A stretch of 64,000 nt of DNA, from assembly GCA_910583755.1 (NCBI GenBank), contig CAJTZO010000002.1:58587-122586 (forward strand). The letters are read 5' to 3'. This document shows, in pieces, positions 30,413-41,133 of this stretch (its first letter is position 1; every line of letters begins with the position of its first letter). The translations under genes were made by a program, and so were the position numbers. The notes under the pieces are model-generated. The model worked only from the letters and a program-made list of their open reading frames with translations. It was not told the DNA's origin and ran no database searches. The DNA is from an uncultured Clostridia bacterium (lineage in GTDB: Bacteria > Bacillota > Clostridia > Lachnospirales > Anaerotignaceae).

Positions 30413-30482
30413 AAATTGTTTTTTATAAAAACATTTTAAAGTTTTATGATAAAAAGATTAAAATTGGAAGGGAGAAAAAACA

Positions 30483-30953
30483 ATGGCAATCCGAAAAATT
30501 CGTTTAGAAGGTGACGAAATATTAAGGAAAAAATGTAAAGAAGTAAAAGAAATTACACCCAAAATTATGACTTTACTAGATGACATGGCAGAAACGATGT
30601 ATCAAGCAAATGGTGTTGGTTTAGCAGCACCACAAATTGGCATTTTAAAAAGAATTGTTGTCATTGATGTTGGAGATGGTTTAATAGAACTGATTAACCC
30701 TGTAATTGTGGAAAGTAAAGGAGAAGTTGTGGGAGATGAGGGTTGTTTAAGTTTGCCTGGAAGAAGTGCCCACGTAAAACGTCCGGAATATGTCAAAGTG
30801 GAAGCATTAAATAGAGAGGGAGAAAAAATTGTAGTAGAAGGAACAGAATTATTAGCAGTAGCACTTTGCCATGAGACAGACCATTTAGAAGGAGTCCTTT
30901 ATACAGATAAAGCAATTCCTGATACAGAAACCATATGGGAGGACGAAGAATGA
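30483..30953 (+). CDS. def: Peptide deformylase
   Basis: [23 protein letters not shown]. Confidence 0.97.
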   Translation: MAIRKIRLEGDEILRKKCKEVKEITPKIMTLLDDMAETMYQANGVGLAAPQIGILKRIVVIDVGDGLIELINPVIVESKGEVVGDEGCLSLPGRSAHVKRPEYVKVEALNREGEKIVVEGTELLAVALCHETDHLEGVLYTDKAIPDTETIWEDEE

Positions 30954-31873
30954 AAATAATCTTTATGGGTACACCAGAGTTTGCAGTACCTTCATTGGAA
31001 ATACTTTTAAAACATCATGAAGTTGTTGCTGTGGTAACACAGCCAGATAAACCTAAAGGCAGAGGGAAAAAAATGGTGTTTTCTCCTGTTAAAGAAAAAG
31101 CATTACAAGCAGGTATTGAAGTGTTGCAGCCAGAAAAGGTAAGAGCAAAGGAGTTTATAGAAACATTAAAAACATATCATGCAGATTTGATTGCAGTCAC
31201 TGCTTTTGGTCAGATATTGCCAGAAGAAATATTAAATATGCCAAAATATGGCTGTATCAATGTACATGGCTCTCTTTTGCCAAAATATAGAGGGGCAGCA
31301 CCATTGCAATGGGCAATTATCAATGGAGAAAAGGAAACTGGTGTCACGACCATGTATATGGCGAAAGGTATGGATACCGGAGATATGCTTTTAAAGGAAA
31401 AAATAGAGGTTTCCTCACAAGATACTTATGGAAGTATTCATGATAAATTGTGTGTCATTGGAGCAGAACTCCTTTTAAAAACAATAGAAGGTTTAGAAAA
31501 AGATACCTTGCAAAGAATACCACAACAGGAACAAGAGGCAACTTATGCACCTATGTTGACAAAAGAAAGTGGTCATATTGATTGGTCTAAAAAATGCGAC
31601 GAAATTATTTGTTTGATACATGGTTTAGACCCTGCACCAACCGCATATACTATTTATGAGGAGGAAGTGTTAAAACTATGGCAAGCCGAAAAAGTGCAGC
31701 AGCCTAGCGGAAAAATAGGAGAGATTACAGCGATAACCAAAAAAGGGTTTGTGGTAACTGCTGCTGATGGTAGTATTTTAGTAACAGAAGTACAGGCAAA
31801 AGGCAAAAAAAGAATGGGAGCAGATGCTTATTTAAGAGGACATCAGATAAAAATAGGAACGATTTTACAATAA
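30950..31873 (+). CDS. fmt: Methionyl-tRNA formyltransferase
   Basis: [41 protein letters not shown]. Confidence 0.97.
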   Translation: MKIIFMGTPEFAVPSLEILLKHHEVVAVVTQPDKPKGRGKKMVFSPVKEKALQAGIEVLQPEKVRAKEFIETLKTYHADLIAVTAFGQILPEEILNMPKYGCINVHGSLLPKYRGAAPLQWAIINGEKETGVTTMYMAKGMDTGDMLLKEKIEVSSQDTYGSIHDKLCVIGAELLLKTIEGLEKDTLQRIPQQEQEATYAPMLTKESGHIDWSKKCDEIICLIHGLDPAPTAYTIYEEEVLKLWQAEKVQQPSGKIGEITAITKKGFVVTAADGSILVTEVQAKGKKRMGADAYLRGHQIKIGTILQ

Positions 31874-31916
31874 ACAAAAAACAAAAAACATCGTATTCTT
31901 TATAAAATAAAGTATT

Positions 31917-32135
31917 CAGTCCGTCAATAAAGTCTTTTTTTGTGGGTTTCACCCACACCCACCAACTTTTTTAAAAAAAGTTGGACAAAAAATTTTCGTG
32001 GAAAAACTAGCGTTTTTCCTTATAAAATCAATCTTTTTAGCGAAACGCTAGTTTCGCATTAAAGTTCTTTACTTCTTTCTTTCAAGAAAGAAGTAGGAGC
32101 TTGAGGGCTAGCCCTCAAGGTTTTTTGACAAGCTG
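31917..32135 (+). mobile_element. MITE copy (full length, closest to consensus)
   Basis: cagtccgtcaataaagtc ... ttgagggctagccctcaaggttttttgacaagctg; flanks gtatt/atatt. Confidence 0.9.
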
Positions 32136-32140
32136 ATATT

Positions 32141-32860
32141 ATGTTAGGAGGGATTACTATTTTTTGGGGATATAACACATCATATTTAGGATTATTTTTT
32201 ATTGTAATGATATTTAGTATGGTAGCACAATTTCGTGTAAACAGTACTTTTCAAAAGTATTCCAGAGTTGCAAACAGTAGAGGTTTTACAGGGGCAGAGG
32301 TTGCAAGGCAAATGCTAGAATCTGCTGGCATTCGTGATGTTTGTGTAGAAAGAATTGCGGGAAATTTAACAGACCATTATGACCCTAGCCATAAAATATT
32401 GCGATTGTCTGAGGCAGTATATGATAGTCAGTCTGTTGCTGCTTTAGGCGTTGCAGCACATGAAACAGGACATGCCATACAACATGCAGAAAACTATAGT
32501 TTTTTATGGGCAAGAAGCGCAATGGTTCCTTGCACAAATTTAGGGTCCAAACTATCCATTCCTTTGGTCATTATAGGTTTACTAATCAATAGTGGTTGGA
32601 GTTATTATTTAATGCTGGCAGGCATTGTTTTGTTTTCTTTTACGGTACTGTTTACTTTAGTGACATTACCTGTAGAATTTGATGCATCTAGAAGGGCATT
32701 GCATATGTTGGAAGGACAAAATTATTTATATGATTCTGAGTTAAGTGGGGCAAAAAAAGTTTTGACAGCTGCTGCCATGACTTATGTTGCAGCCGCCGCA
32801 ACTGCAATTGTCAACTTATTAAGGTTATTATCCTTGGTATCTAGCCGCAACCGTGATTAA
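32141..32860 (+). CDS. YugP-like membrane zinc metallopeptidase (start uncertain)
   Basis: LTDHYDP, VAAHETGHAIQH, LVTLPVEFDASRRA, AAAMTYVA. Confidence 0.9.
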   Translation: MLGGITIFWGYNTSYLGLFFIVMIFSMVAQFRVNSTFQKYSRVANSRGFTGAEVARQMLESAGIRDVCVERIAGNLTDHYDPSHKILRLSEAVYDSQSVAALGVAAHETGHAIQHAENYSFLWARSAMVPCTNLGSKLSIPLVIIGLLINSGWSYYLMLAGIVLFSFTVLFTLVTLPVEFDASRRALHMLEGQNYLYDSELSGAKKVLTAAAMTYVAAAATAIVNLLRLLSLVSSRNRD

Positions 32861-33134
32861 ATGCTTTCTTGGAAGAAACAAAGAATTTTGATGACGACAC
32901 AAGGAAATGGAAGGATGTTTTTTGTTGAACAAAAACAAAACACCATTGAAAAAAGGATAGACTTTATGTTGCAGCAACCAAAGCCTCAAGGCTTTCAGAT
33001 TTTTATTTTTTAAGGAAAGATGCAAAAGTGTCTTTCCTTTCGTATTTTTTAAGAAATGCTAAAAATAGTTGCGACAATAAAGCGTATCATGTAAAATATA
33101 GTAAGTGTTTAAATTGTAAAGTAGGAGAAAAACA

Positions 33135-34472
33135 ATGACAATACAAATCAATCCAAGAGAAATTGCAGTACAAGCATTAATAGAGATAGAACAGAAATAT
33201 AATACAGCGGTACTGCGCAAACTGCTCCGGCAAAATGGTGCTATGTTCCCAAGAGATAGGGCATTTGTTACAGAAATGGTAAATGGTTCCCTACGAAATT
33301 TGTATTATATTGATTTTGTGATTAATGCAGTTTCTAATACCAAAACACAAAAAATGAAACCTTATCTATTGGCAGTATTAAGAATAGCAGTTTATCAAAT
33401 TTATTTTATGAAGGTGCCAGAAAATGCTGTTTGTGATGAAGCAGTAAAATTGGTAAAAAAAAGAGGATTCAGTAGCCTGTCTGGTTTTGTAAATGCTGTT
33501 TTAAGAAACATAATAAGGCAAAAAGATAAGATACTATTACCAGATGAAAAACAATGTCCTATCCAATTCCTTTCTTTAAAATATTCTCATCCAGAATGGC
33601 TTTTAAAAATGTGGCTGCATCAGTATGATTATGATTTTGTAAAAGAACTTTGTAGACAAAATAATATGCCGCCAGATGTTACCATTGTTGTTAATTCATT
33701 GTGTACAACAACAGAAGAATTAAAAAGGGAATTGGAAAAAGAAGGCGTTTCTGTAAAAGAAGGAATTTATCAGAATGTATTGCATTTATCGAAAACAGCG
33801 GATATTGCAAAGTTAAAAGCATTTCAACAGGGAAAATTTCATGTACAGGATGAAAGTTCTATAACAGCAGTAGAAGCACTTGCACCACAGCCACAAGAAA
33901 AAATATTAGATATGTGTGCTGCACCCGGTGGAAAAAGTTTTTTGATGGCAGAAAAAATGCAAAATAAGGGTTCCATTTATTCTTGTGATATTCATGAGCA
34001 TAAACTAGAATTATTACAAGAAGGTGCGGAACGGTTAGGACTGTCTATTATTCAAACAAAAAAACAAGATGGAAGAATCTTTCAAGAGGAACAACAAGAA
34101 TCATTTGATAGGGTTTTAGTAGATGCACCTTGTTCTGGTTTAGGGTTGATACGAAAAAAACCAGATATTCGGCTGAAAAAAGATGGGAATACAATTGATG
34201 CTTTACTATTAATACAAAAGGAAATATTGACCCAAGCAGCAAAGTATGTCAAACAAAATGGGATTCTTGTATACAGCACTTGTACTTTATGTAAAAAAGA
34301 AAATGAAAAAAATGTAGAATGGTTTTTACAAGAACATAAAAATTTTGAACTGGAATTACCATTACTGCCTCAAACATTAATGACAGAAACACAACAAAAA
34401 ACAATTACTTTATATCCACATATACATCATACAGATGGGTTTTTTATAGCACGTTTTCGACGAAAGGAGTAA
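33135..34472 (+). CDS. rsmB: 16S rRNA m5C967 methyltransferase
   Basis: NusB-like N-domain, SHPEW, LDMCAAPGGKS, DAPCSGLG, YSTCT, DGFFIA. Confidence 0.95.
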   Translation: MTIQINPREIAVQALIEIEQKYNTAVLRKLLRQNGAMFPRDRAFVTEMVNGSLRNLYYIDFVINAVSNTKTQKMKPYLLAVLRIAVYQIYFMKVPENAVCDEAVKLVKKRGFSSLSGFVNAVLRNIIRQKDKILLPDEKQCPIQFLSLKYSHPEWLLKMWLHQYDYDFVKELCRQNNMPPDVTIVVNSLCTTTEELKRELEKEGVSVKEGIYQNVLHLSKTADIAKLKAFQQGKFHVQDESSITAVEALAPQPQEKILDMCAAPGGKSFLMAEKMQNKGSIYSCDIHEHKLELLQEGAERLGLSIIQTKKQDGRIFQEEQQESFDRVLVDAPCSGLGLIRKKPDIRLKKDGNTIDALLLIQKEILTQAAKYVKQNGILVYSTCTLCKKENEKNVEWFLQEHKNFELELPLLPQTLMTETQQKTITLYPHIHHTDGFFIARFRRKE

Positions 34473-34476
34473 CAAG

Positions 34477-35499
34477 ATGCTTTCTATGACATTACAGGAA
34501 TGGGAAGAAACACTAAAACAGTGGGGAGAGCCAAAATTTAGAGCAAAACAAATCTTTGATTGGCTACATAAAAAACAAATTACAGAAATTGATGATATGA
34601 CAAATATTTCAAAAGGATTAAGGGAAAAATTAAAGCAAAATGGAAAAATTTCTTATACAAGGCAAGTAAAAAAATTGGTTTCTCAAATAGATGGCACCAT
34701 AAAATATTTATTTGAAATAGAAAATGGTTTAGTCATAGAAAGTGTTTTTATGCACTATCATTATGGGAATACAGCTTGTATTTCTACACAAGCAGGGTGT
34801 CGTATGGGATGCAGTTTTTGTGCTTCTACCTTAGATGGAGTGGAAAGAAATTTAACCGCAGGAGAAATGCTTTCCCAAATTTATGAGATGCAAAAAGATA
34901 CAGGAGAACGTATTTCCAGTGTTGTGTTAATGGGAAGTGGGGAACCATTAGATAATTATGAAAATGTATTACGGTTTCTTCATTTAGCAAATGACAAAAA
35001 TGGACTTCATTTAGGGCAAAGGCATATTACACTTTCTACTTGTGGTTTAGTAGAAAAGATGTATGATTTATTAGAAGAAGATTTACAAATCACGTTGGCT
35101 GTGTCACTCCATGCACCAAATGATAGGATTCGTCAGAAAATTATGCCGATTGCAAAAAAATATAGTATGCAAGAAATATTAAAGGTGTGTAAAGAATATA
35201 GTGATAAAACAAAGAGACGTGTAACATTTGAATATGCCCTGATAAAAGGGATAAATGACAGTGACGATTGTGCAGAAGAACTTGCTTCTAAACTACACAA
35301 CATGCTTTGCCATGTGAATTTGATACCTATCAATGATGTAAAAGAAAGGAATTATTGTAAAAGTAGTGAAGAAAGAGTGAAAAAGTTTACATACATTATG
35401 GAGCAAAAAGGAATTGAAACAACAATAAGGCGAAAATTAGGAAGCGATATTGATGCTGCTTGCGGGCAGCTTCGGAAAAGTTATCAGTTACATTCCTAA
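34477..35499 (+). CDS. rlmN: Dual-specificity RNA methyltransferase RlmN
   Basis: CISTQAGCRMGCSFCAS, MGSGEPL, SLHAPND, IDAACGQL. Confidence 0.96.
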   Translation: MLSMTLQEWEETLKQWGEPKFRAKQIFDWLHKKQITEIDDMTNISKGLREKLKQNGKISYTRQVKKLVSQIDGTIKYLFEIENGLVIESVFMHYHYGNTACISTQAGCRMGCSFCASTLDGVERNLTAGEMLSQIYEMQKDTGERISSVVLMGSGEPLDNYENVLRFLHLANDKNGLHLGQRHITLSTCGLVEKMYDLLEEDLQITLAVSLHAPNDRIRQKIMPIAKKYSMQEILKVCKEYSDKTKRRVTFEYALIKGINDSDDCAEELASKLHNMLCHVNLIPINDVKERNYCKSSEERVKKFTYIMEQKGIETTIRRKLGSDIDAACGQLRKSYQLHS

Positions 35500-35554
35500 T
35501 TAAGGAAGTTACAGAAAAATTAGCAACTGAAAAAGTTTTGGGAGGTGTTATATT

Positions 35555-36262
35555 ATGAAGGCGATTGGTAATAGTGTAATTGGCATGAAAAGAAAAAATA
35601 ATGAAGATGCGATTTATGTCAATGAACAAAAAAATTTATATTTAGTGGCAGATGGTATGGGAGGCTGTAATGCTGGAGAAGTTGCAAGTAGTACCGCCAT
35701 TTCTATTTTTGTAGAAGCAATGGAAAAGACTGAAAATGAAGAAATTTTGGATAGAATGATGTTTGCAACACGTGCCTGCAATCAAATTGTATATCAAAAA
35801 GCAAAAAAACATATAGAGTATACAGATATGGGAACAACATTGGTTGCTGCCCATCTTGAAAAGGAAAAAGCATTTATTATTTATGTGGGTGATAGTAGAG
35901 CTTATCGCTTTCGGGATAATGATTTGTGCCAAATCACAACAGACCATTCTTATGTTATGGAATTAGTAAAAATTGGAAGTATTACAAAAGAGGAAGCAGA
36001 GGTTCACCCCAAAAAAAATATTATTACAAGGGCGATTGGTGTACGTGAAGATGTAGAGCCTGATATAGTCATAGCAGATATTAAAGAAGGAGACAAAATC
36101 CTACTCTGTACAGACGGTTTGAGTAATATGGTATCAAGAAATGAAATGGAAAAAATATTAATAGAAGAATGTTCTACAGAAGAAAAAGTGAAAAAATTAG
36201 TCCTGCTAGCCAATGAAAAGGGTGGCTTAGATAATATTTCATTAATATTAATTGAAATATAA
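35555..36262 (+). CDS. prpC: PP2C Ser/Thr phosphatase (Stp1/PrpC)
   Basis: NNED, VADGMGG, MGTT, VGDSRAY, LCTDGL, GGLDNIS. Confidence 0.94.
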   Translation: MKAIGNSVIGMKRKNNEDAIYVNEQKNLYLVADGMGGCNAGEVASSTAISIFVEAMEKTENEEILDRMMFATRACNQIVYQKAKKHIEYTDMGTTLVAAHLEKEKAFIIYVGDSRAYRFRDNDLCQITTDHSYVMELVKIGSITKEEAEVHPKKNIITRAIGVREDVEPDIVIADIKEGDKILLCTDGLSNMVSRNEMEKILIEECSTEEKVKKLVLLANEKGGLDNISLILIEI

Positions 36263-36276
36263 AGAGGTGAAGAATC

Positions 36277-38529
36277 ATGATACAAATAGGTACTGTATTA
36301 TCAGACAGATATGAGTTAATTGAAAAAATAGGCTCTGGTGGTATGGCAATCGTGTTTCGGGCAAAAGACAGGACACTTCAACGATATGTGACTGTAAAGA
36401 TATTAAGAGAAGAATTTATAGGTGATGAAGAATTTATTATGCGTTTTCGCTCGGAAGCGCTGGCAGCCGGCAGACTTTCCCATACCAATATTGTACGTGT
36501 TTATGATGTTGGGCAAGAAGGAAATATCTATTTTATTGTTATGGAATATGTGCATGGTGATACCTTAAAACAGGCAATTAGAGAAAAAGCACCTTTTGAT
36601 ACAAAATCAACAATTAATGTTGCAGTACAGATAGCATCAGGCATTGAACAGGCACATAAAAACCACATTATACATAGAGATATTAAACCTCAAAATGTAT
36701 TGGTGGGTACAGATGGTGTTGTTAAGGTTACAGACTTTGGAATTGCAAGAGCAGCAAATGGTACAACCATGACAACAAGTAATACAGCAATGGGTTCTGT
36801 ACATTATTTTTCACCAGAACAGGCAAGAGGTGGCTATGTAGATGAAAAAAGTGATATTTATTCTTTAGGTATCACCATGTTTGAAATGGTGACAGGACAA
36901 CTGCCTTTTCAAGCAAATACTTCTGTTGCAGTTGCGATGAAACAGATTAATGAAGAACTACCAGATATAAGGCAATTTAATCCAAAGGTTTCTGCAAGTT
37001 TAGAAGCCATTATCAGAAAAGCAACCAGAAAAAGAGCAGATGAAAGATATTTGACAATTGATGCTATGATAGCGGACTTGATAAAAGCAAGAAATGAAAC
37101 GGTTGTGCAGCAAACGCCACAAAGAAGACCATCTGCACCACCAGAAATACAATATCTTTCTTCTGTGGATAATAATAGAAAGCAGGCAGAAGCAGAAGCA
37201 AGACGAATGGAGCAGATAAGACAACAAGAAGAATTAGCTGCCGAGGAGGAATTTGTGCCAAGACAAGAGAAAAAAAATATTAGAATATCAAAAGATGATG
37301 ATTATGAAAGAGAATATGAACAAGTGGAACCAGTGAGAAGAAGTAGACGCCCTAGATTGGATATGCAAAACAGAAGAAATCCAAGACAAGAGGAATATGA
37401 AGGTGGTTACCAAAGAGGAAAAGAAACAAAGGTAATTGTTGCAGCAGTTGCAACTGCTTTAGTTATCATTGCAATTATTAGTGCGATTGGTGTAAAAACA
37501 TTTGGAACAAAAGCGGGACTTTTTGGAGATGCTGATAAAATAAAAGTAAAGTCTTTTGTAGGAATGGAACTAGAAGCAGCACAACAATTAGCAGAAAAAG
37601 AGGGCTATCGTGTATCACAGGAGAAATCTGTTTATGATGAAGAACATCTAGAAGGCATTATTGTTGAACAATCTACCGCAGAAAATACAGAAATTAAAAA
37701 AGGAATGGAGGTAGGTGTTACCGTTAGCTTAGGTTCAAAAGATGCAGAAGTAACAGAGAAGCCTATGCCTGATTTATTGGGCAAGAAAAAGGACACTGCA
37801 ATAGAGCAAATAAAAAGTCTGATAGGAAAAGAACCAGAAATATCATATGAATATGATGAAGATGCAGAAATGGAAACGGTTATGGAACAAAGTCCTACCG
37901 AAGGAACAAAAATTACAGCGGAAACGAATGTTCGTATTGTTATTTCCAGAGGAGAAGAAAAAAATACAACCATTGTGCCAAAAGTAGAAGGTTTAACACA
38001 ATCTCAGGCAGAAAAAGCCTTAAAATCTTCTAAATTAAACGTGGGTGATATTACAAGAACAGAAAGTGATACCGTAGAAGAAGGTGTGGTAATTACCCAA
38101 ACAAAAGAACGTGGTGAGGAAGTATTAGAAGGAACAGAAGTGGGACTTGTCGTTAGCTTAGGAAAAAAAGAACAAGACCCACCAGAAACACAACAAAATC
38201 CTTCTACGTCCCAAGACAATCCAGAAGAAACACCACCAGAAGAAAACAATCCAGAAAACAGTGAAAATAATGAAAATTCAGAAAGTAGTGAAACACAAGA
38301 ACCAGAACAAAAGCCAGTAAGAACAAAAACAAAAACATATACTGTAAATCCGCCAGCGGCAGGTATTACCAATGCACATATCAAAATTGTAAAAACCGAT
38401 GATAATGGAGAAAGTGTTGTATTGGATGAACAGAAGTCATTACCATTCTCTGTACCAATTTCTGGTTCGGGAGATGGAAAAATTACTTGTTATATTGATG
38501 GTGTTCAAATGTGGAGTGACGCTTTTTAA
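36277..38529 (+). CDS. prkC: PASTA-domain Ser/Thr kinase (PrkC/PknB)
   Basis: IGSGGMA, HRDIKPQN, VTDFGIA, YFSPEQARG; one TM segment; three PASTA-like repeats. Confidence 0.96.
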   Translation: MIQIGTVLSDRYELIEKIGSGGMAIVFRAKDRTLQRYVTVKILREEFIGDEEFIMRFRSEALAAGRLSHTNIVRVYDVGQEGNIYFIVMEYVHGDTLKQAIREKAPFDTKSTINVAVQIASGIEQAHKNHIIHRDIKPQNVLVGTDGVVKVTDFGIARAANGTTMTTSNTAMGSVHYFSPEQARGGYVDEKSDIYSLGITMFEMVTGQLPFQANTSVAVAMKQINEELPDIRQFNPKVSASLEAIIRKATRKRADERYLTIDAMIADLIKARNETVVQQTPQRRPSAPPEIQYLSSVDNNRKQAEAEARRMEQIRQQEELAAEEEFVPRQEKKNIRISKDDDYEREYEQVEPVRRSRRPRLDMQNRRNPRQEEYEGGYQRGKETKVIVAAVATALVIIAIISAIGVKTFGTKAGLFGDADKIKVKSFVGMELEAAQQLAEKEGYRVSQEKSVYDEEHLEGIIVEQSTAENTEIKKGMEVGVTVSLGSKDAEVTEKPMPDLLGKKKDTAIEQIKSLIGKEPEISYEYDEDAEMETVMEQSPTEGTKITAETNVRIVISRGEEKNTTIVPKVEGLTQSQAEKALKSSKLNVGDITRTESDTVEEGVVITQTKERGEEVLEGTEVGLVVSLGKKEQDPPETQQNPSTSQDNPEETPPEENNPENSENNENSESSETQEPEQKPVRTKTKTYTVNPPAAGITNAHIKIVKTDDNGESVVLDEQKSLPFSVPISGSGDGKITCYIDGVQMWSDAF

Positions 38530-38530
38530 T

Positions 38531-38706
38531 TTCCTTCCTTTTTTGAAAGAAAACAAAGAACTTTTGCACAAAATGAAACTTCAAATTAAATGATAACACA
38601 ACACCATTAGACAAAAATTTTTTAATTTGTTCTATGAATAAAAGGAAAAGTTCTTTGTTAAACTTTCTTTCAAAAAAGTTTGGGGGATATTATTCCCAAA
38701 GGTTTT
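38531..38706. repeat. Inverted doublet of the hairpin unit, without MITE termini
   Basis: ...gaaagaaaacaaagaactttt at the left; aaaagttctttgttaaactttctttcaaaaaagtttgggggatattattcccaaagg at the right. Confidence 0.55.
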
Positions 38707-38725
38707 AAGAGGAGAAAGGAGAATT

Positions 38726-39598
38726 ATGCTAAAAGGTACCATTATAAAAGGAATTGGTGGTTTTTATTATGTAAGTACAGAACAAGGGGTTTATGCTTGC
38801 CGTGCAAGGGGAATTTTCCGTAAGGATGGCGTTAAGCCCACCGTAGGTGATAGTGTTGCAATATCCGTTTTGGATGAAAAGGACAAAAAGGGTAGTTTAG
38901 ATGTTATCCAAGAAAGAAAAACTTTGCTGATTCGTCCTAGAGTAGCGAATGTTGACCAGGCGGTGATTGTATTTGCAGCAAAAAGTCCTAATATGAATTT
39001 AGATTTGTTAGACCGTTTTTTAATTTTAGTGGAAGAACAACAACTAGATGTTGTTCTTTGTATCAATAAAATTGACAAAGATAAAACACAACAATATCAA
39101 AAAGTAGCAGAGTTATATCGTTCTGCTGGATACACTGTGTTGTGTACCAGTGCAGAAAAAGAAATTGGAATAGAAGATTTAAAAGAAGTATTACAAAATA
39201 AAATATCTGTTTTTGCTGGTCCTTCTGGTGTTGGAAAGTCTAGCTTGATTAATCAAGCATTTCCTCATGCAGAAATGGAAACCGGTGAAATCAGTAAAAA
39301 AATACAAAGAGGACGCCATACAACACGTCATGCAGAATTGATACAAATTGGGGAAAAAAGTTATATTGTGGATTCTCCTGGGTTTACTTCTTTATATTTA
39401 GAAAATATTACAGAACAAAATTTACAATACTATTTTAAAGAATTTCAACCTTATGTACATGAATGTTATTATACAGGTTGCAGCCATACCCATGAACCAG
39501 ATTGTGCTGTCAAACAACAAATCAATAAAAGTATCAGTGAAATGAGATACCATAGATATGTAACCATTTATGAAGAATTAAAAGAAAGGAAAAAATAA
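38726..39598 (+). CDS. rsgA: Ribosome small subunit-dependent GTPase A
   Basis: ANVDQ, NKID, GPSGVGKSS, RGRHTT, DSPGF, C-terminal Zn knuckle. Confidence 0.96.
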   Translation: MLKGTIIKGIGGFYYVSTEQGVYACRARGIFRKDGVKPTVGDSVAISVLDEKDKKGSLDVIQERKTLLIRPRVANVDQAVIVFAAKSPNMNLDLLDRFLILVEEQQLDVVLCINKIDKDKTQQYQKVAELYRSAGYTVLCTSAEKEIGIEDLKEVLQNKISVFAGPSGVGKSSLINQAFPHAEMETGEISKKIQRGRHTTRHAELIQIGEKSYIVDSPGFTSLYLENITEQNLQYYFKEFQPYVHECYYTGCSHTHEPDCAVKQQINKSISEMRYHRYVTIYEELKERKK

Positions 39599-39599
39599 T

Positions 39600-40262
39600 A
39601 TGAAAAATATACTCTCACCTTCCTTATTAGCAGCAGATTTTACAAAACTTGGACAACAGTTGGAACAAATTGAAAAAGGTGGTGCACAATATATTCATTT
39701 AGATGTGATGGATGGTATGTTTGTGCCTAATATTTCTTTTGGTATTCCAGTAATACAAAGCATTCGAAAATGTTCTAATTTAGTATTTGATGTGCATTTA
39801 ATGATTATGGAGCCAGAGCGTTATGTGGAAGCCTTTTATAAAGCTGGTGCAGACATCATTAATTTCCATGTAGAAGCAACAAAATCTCCGGGGGATGTTC
39901 TTGCAAAAATAAAATCTTTTGGTGTCAAAACAGGAATTACAATAAAGCCAAATACTCCTGTGTCAGAAATAGTGCCTTATTTAGAACAAGTGGATATGGT
40001 ACTGGTAATGACAGTAGAGCCAGGCTTTGGTGGGCAAAAATTTATGGCGGAGAAAATGGAAAAGGTAACAGAATTGGTAAAGATAAGAGAGCAAAAAAAT
40101 CTTTCTTTTGATATTGAAATAGATGGTGGTGTTAATATGAACAATATCAAAGAAATTTTAAGTACAGGAGTAAATGTTATTGTAGCAGGGTCTGCCATAT
40201 TTGGTGCAGAAGATGTGGAAAAAAGTACAAGAGAATTTTTAAAAATATTACAGGAGAAGTAA
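39600..40262 (+). CDS. rpe: Ribulose-phosphate 3-epimerase
   Basis: SPSLLAADF, HLDVMDG, DVHLM, MTVEPGFGGQKF, IDGG, VAGSA. Confidence 0.97.
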   Translation: MKNILSPSLLAADFTKLGQQLEQIEKGGAQYIHLDVMDGMFVPNISFGIPVIQSIRKCSNLVFDVHLMIMEPERYVEAFYKAGADIINFHVEATKSPGDVLAKIKSFGVKTGITIKPNTPVSEIVPYLEQVDMVLVMTVEPGFGGQKFMAEKMEKVTELVKIREQKNLSFDIEIDGGVNMNNIKEILSTGVNVIVAGSAIFGAEDVEKSTREFLKILQEK

Positions 40263-40265
40263 GTA

Positions 40266-40904
40266 ATGAAGGCAGTACTATTTGCAGGTGCAGAGATAGA
40301 GCGATATGATTTTTGTAAAGAATATATTCAAAATGCAGATGTTATTGTATGCTGCGATGGTGGAATGAGGCATACAAGAGCATTAAAAATAATACCTGAC
40401 TATATATTAGGAGATTTTGATTCCTGTAAAAAGGAAGATTTCAATTATTATAAGGAGTTAGGCGTAAAGATAAAAACATTTCCGACACAAAAAGATGAAA
40501 CAGATATGGAATTAGGATTAGATTTTGCGCTGGAATTAGGTGTAGATGATATTGTAATCTGTGGTGGCATAGGCAGCCGTTTTGACCATACTTTAGCAAA
40601 TGCTCATTTGCTGTTAAGGCTTTTAAAGAAAGGTGTAAGAGGTAGGCTTGTCAATGAGAAAAATTGTGTGGAATTAATTGACAAAAACATGATAGTAAAG
40701 GGAAAAAAGGGAGATTTAGTTTCTACCATTCCCTTATCTATGGAGGTAACTGGGATTACCTTAGAGGGATTTGCTTACCCTTTGACAGACCACACTTTGA
40801 CAATCGATGATGATATTGTTGCTGTAAGTAATGTAATGCTTCAGGAACAATGTAGTATTACTATAAAAACAGGATACTTGTTTGTGATACAGGCAAGAGA
40901 TTAA
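40266..40904 (+). CDS. thiN: Thiamine pyrophosphokinase
   Basis: CCDGG, GDFDS, KDETDMEL, GSRFDHTLAN, VSN. Confidence 0.94.
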   Translation: MKAVLFAGAEIERYDFCKEYIQNADVIVCCDGGMRHTRALKIIPDYILGDFDSCKKEDFNYYKELGVKIKTFPTQKDETDMELGLDFALELGVDDIVICGGIGSRFDHTLANAHLLLRLLKKGVRGRLVNEKNCVELIDKNMIVKGKKGDLVSTIPLSMEVTGITLEGFAYPLTDHTLTIDDDIVAVSNVMLQEQCSITIKTGYLFVIQARD

Positions 40905-40909
40905 GACAA

Positions 40910-40938
40910 GCATAGGAAAAGAAACTACAGCATACATT
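40910..40938 (+). promoter_or_regulatory. sigmaE-type sporulation promoter
   Basis: gcATA-N16-CATACATT matches the mother-cell sigmaE consensus ATA-N16..18-CATAcaaT. Confidence 0.55.
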
Positions 40939-40968
40939 AATAAAAATGAAAAATAAGGTGTGCGGTTT

Positions 40969-41133
40969 ATGGGAAAACGGTTTAGCGGTGTACCTCAAAA
41001 ACGTTTACTAGGGTTAGTATTATTTTCTGGTGGCTGTGGTATGCTGATTGTGTTAATTATCCCTTGGTGGGGCTTTCTTTTAGCGGTAATATTAGTAGCA
41101 GTAGGCGGTTTTTTATTATTTTCTGATTGTTAA
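40969..41133 (+). CDS. Small hydrophobic protein (54 aa), absent from the ORF track
   Basis: SD aaggtg; MGKRFSGVPQKRLLGLVLFSGGCGMLIVLIIPWWGFLLAVILVAVGGFLLFSDC; followed by a terminator. Confidence 0.75.
   Translation: MGKRFSGVPQKRLLGLVLFSGGCGMLIVLIIPWWGFLLAVILVAVGGFLLFSDC

Noticed and set aside
38175..38315. Acidic E/N/P/S low-complexity tract in PrkC
   Set aside because: A disordered linker after the PASTA domains, common in this family.
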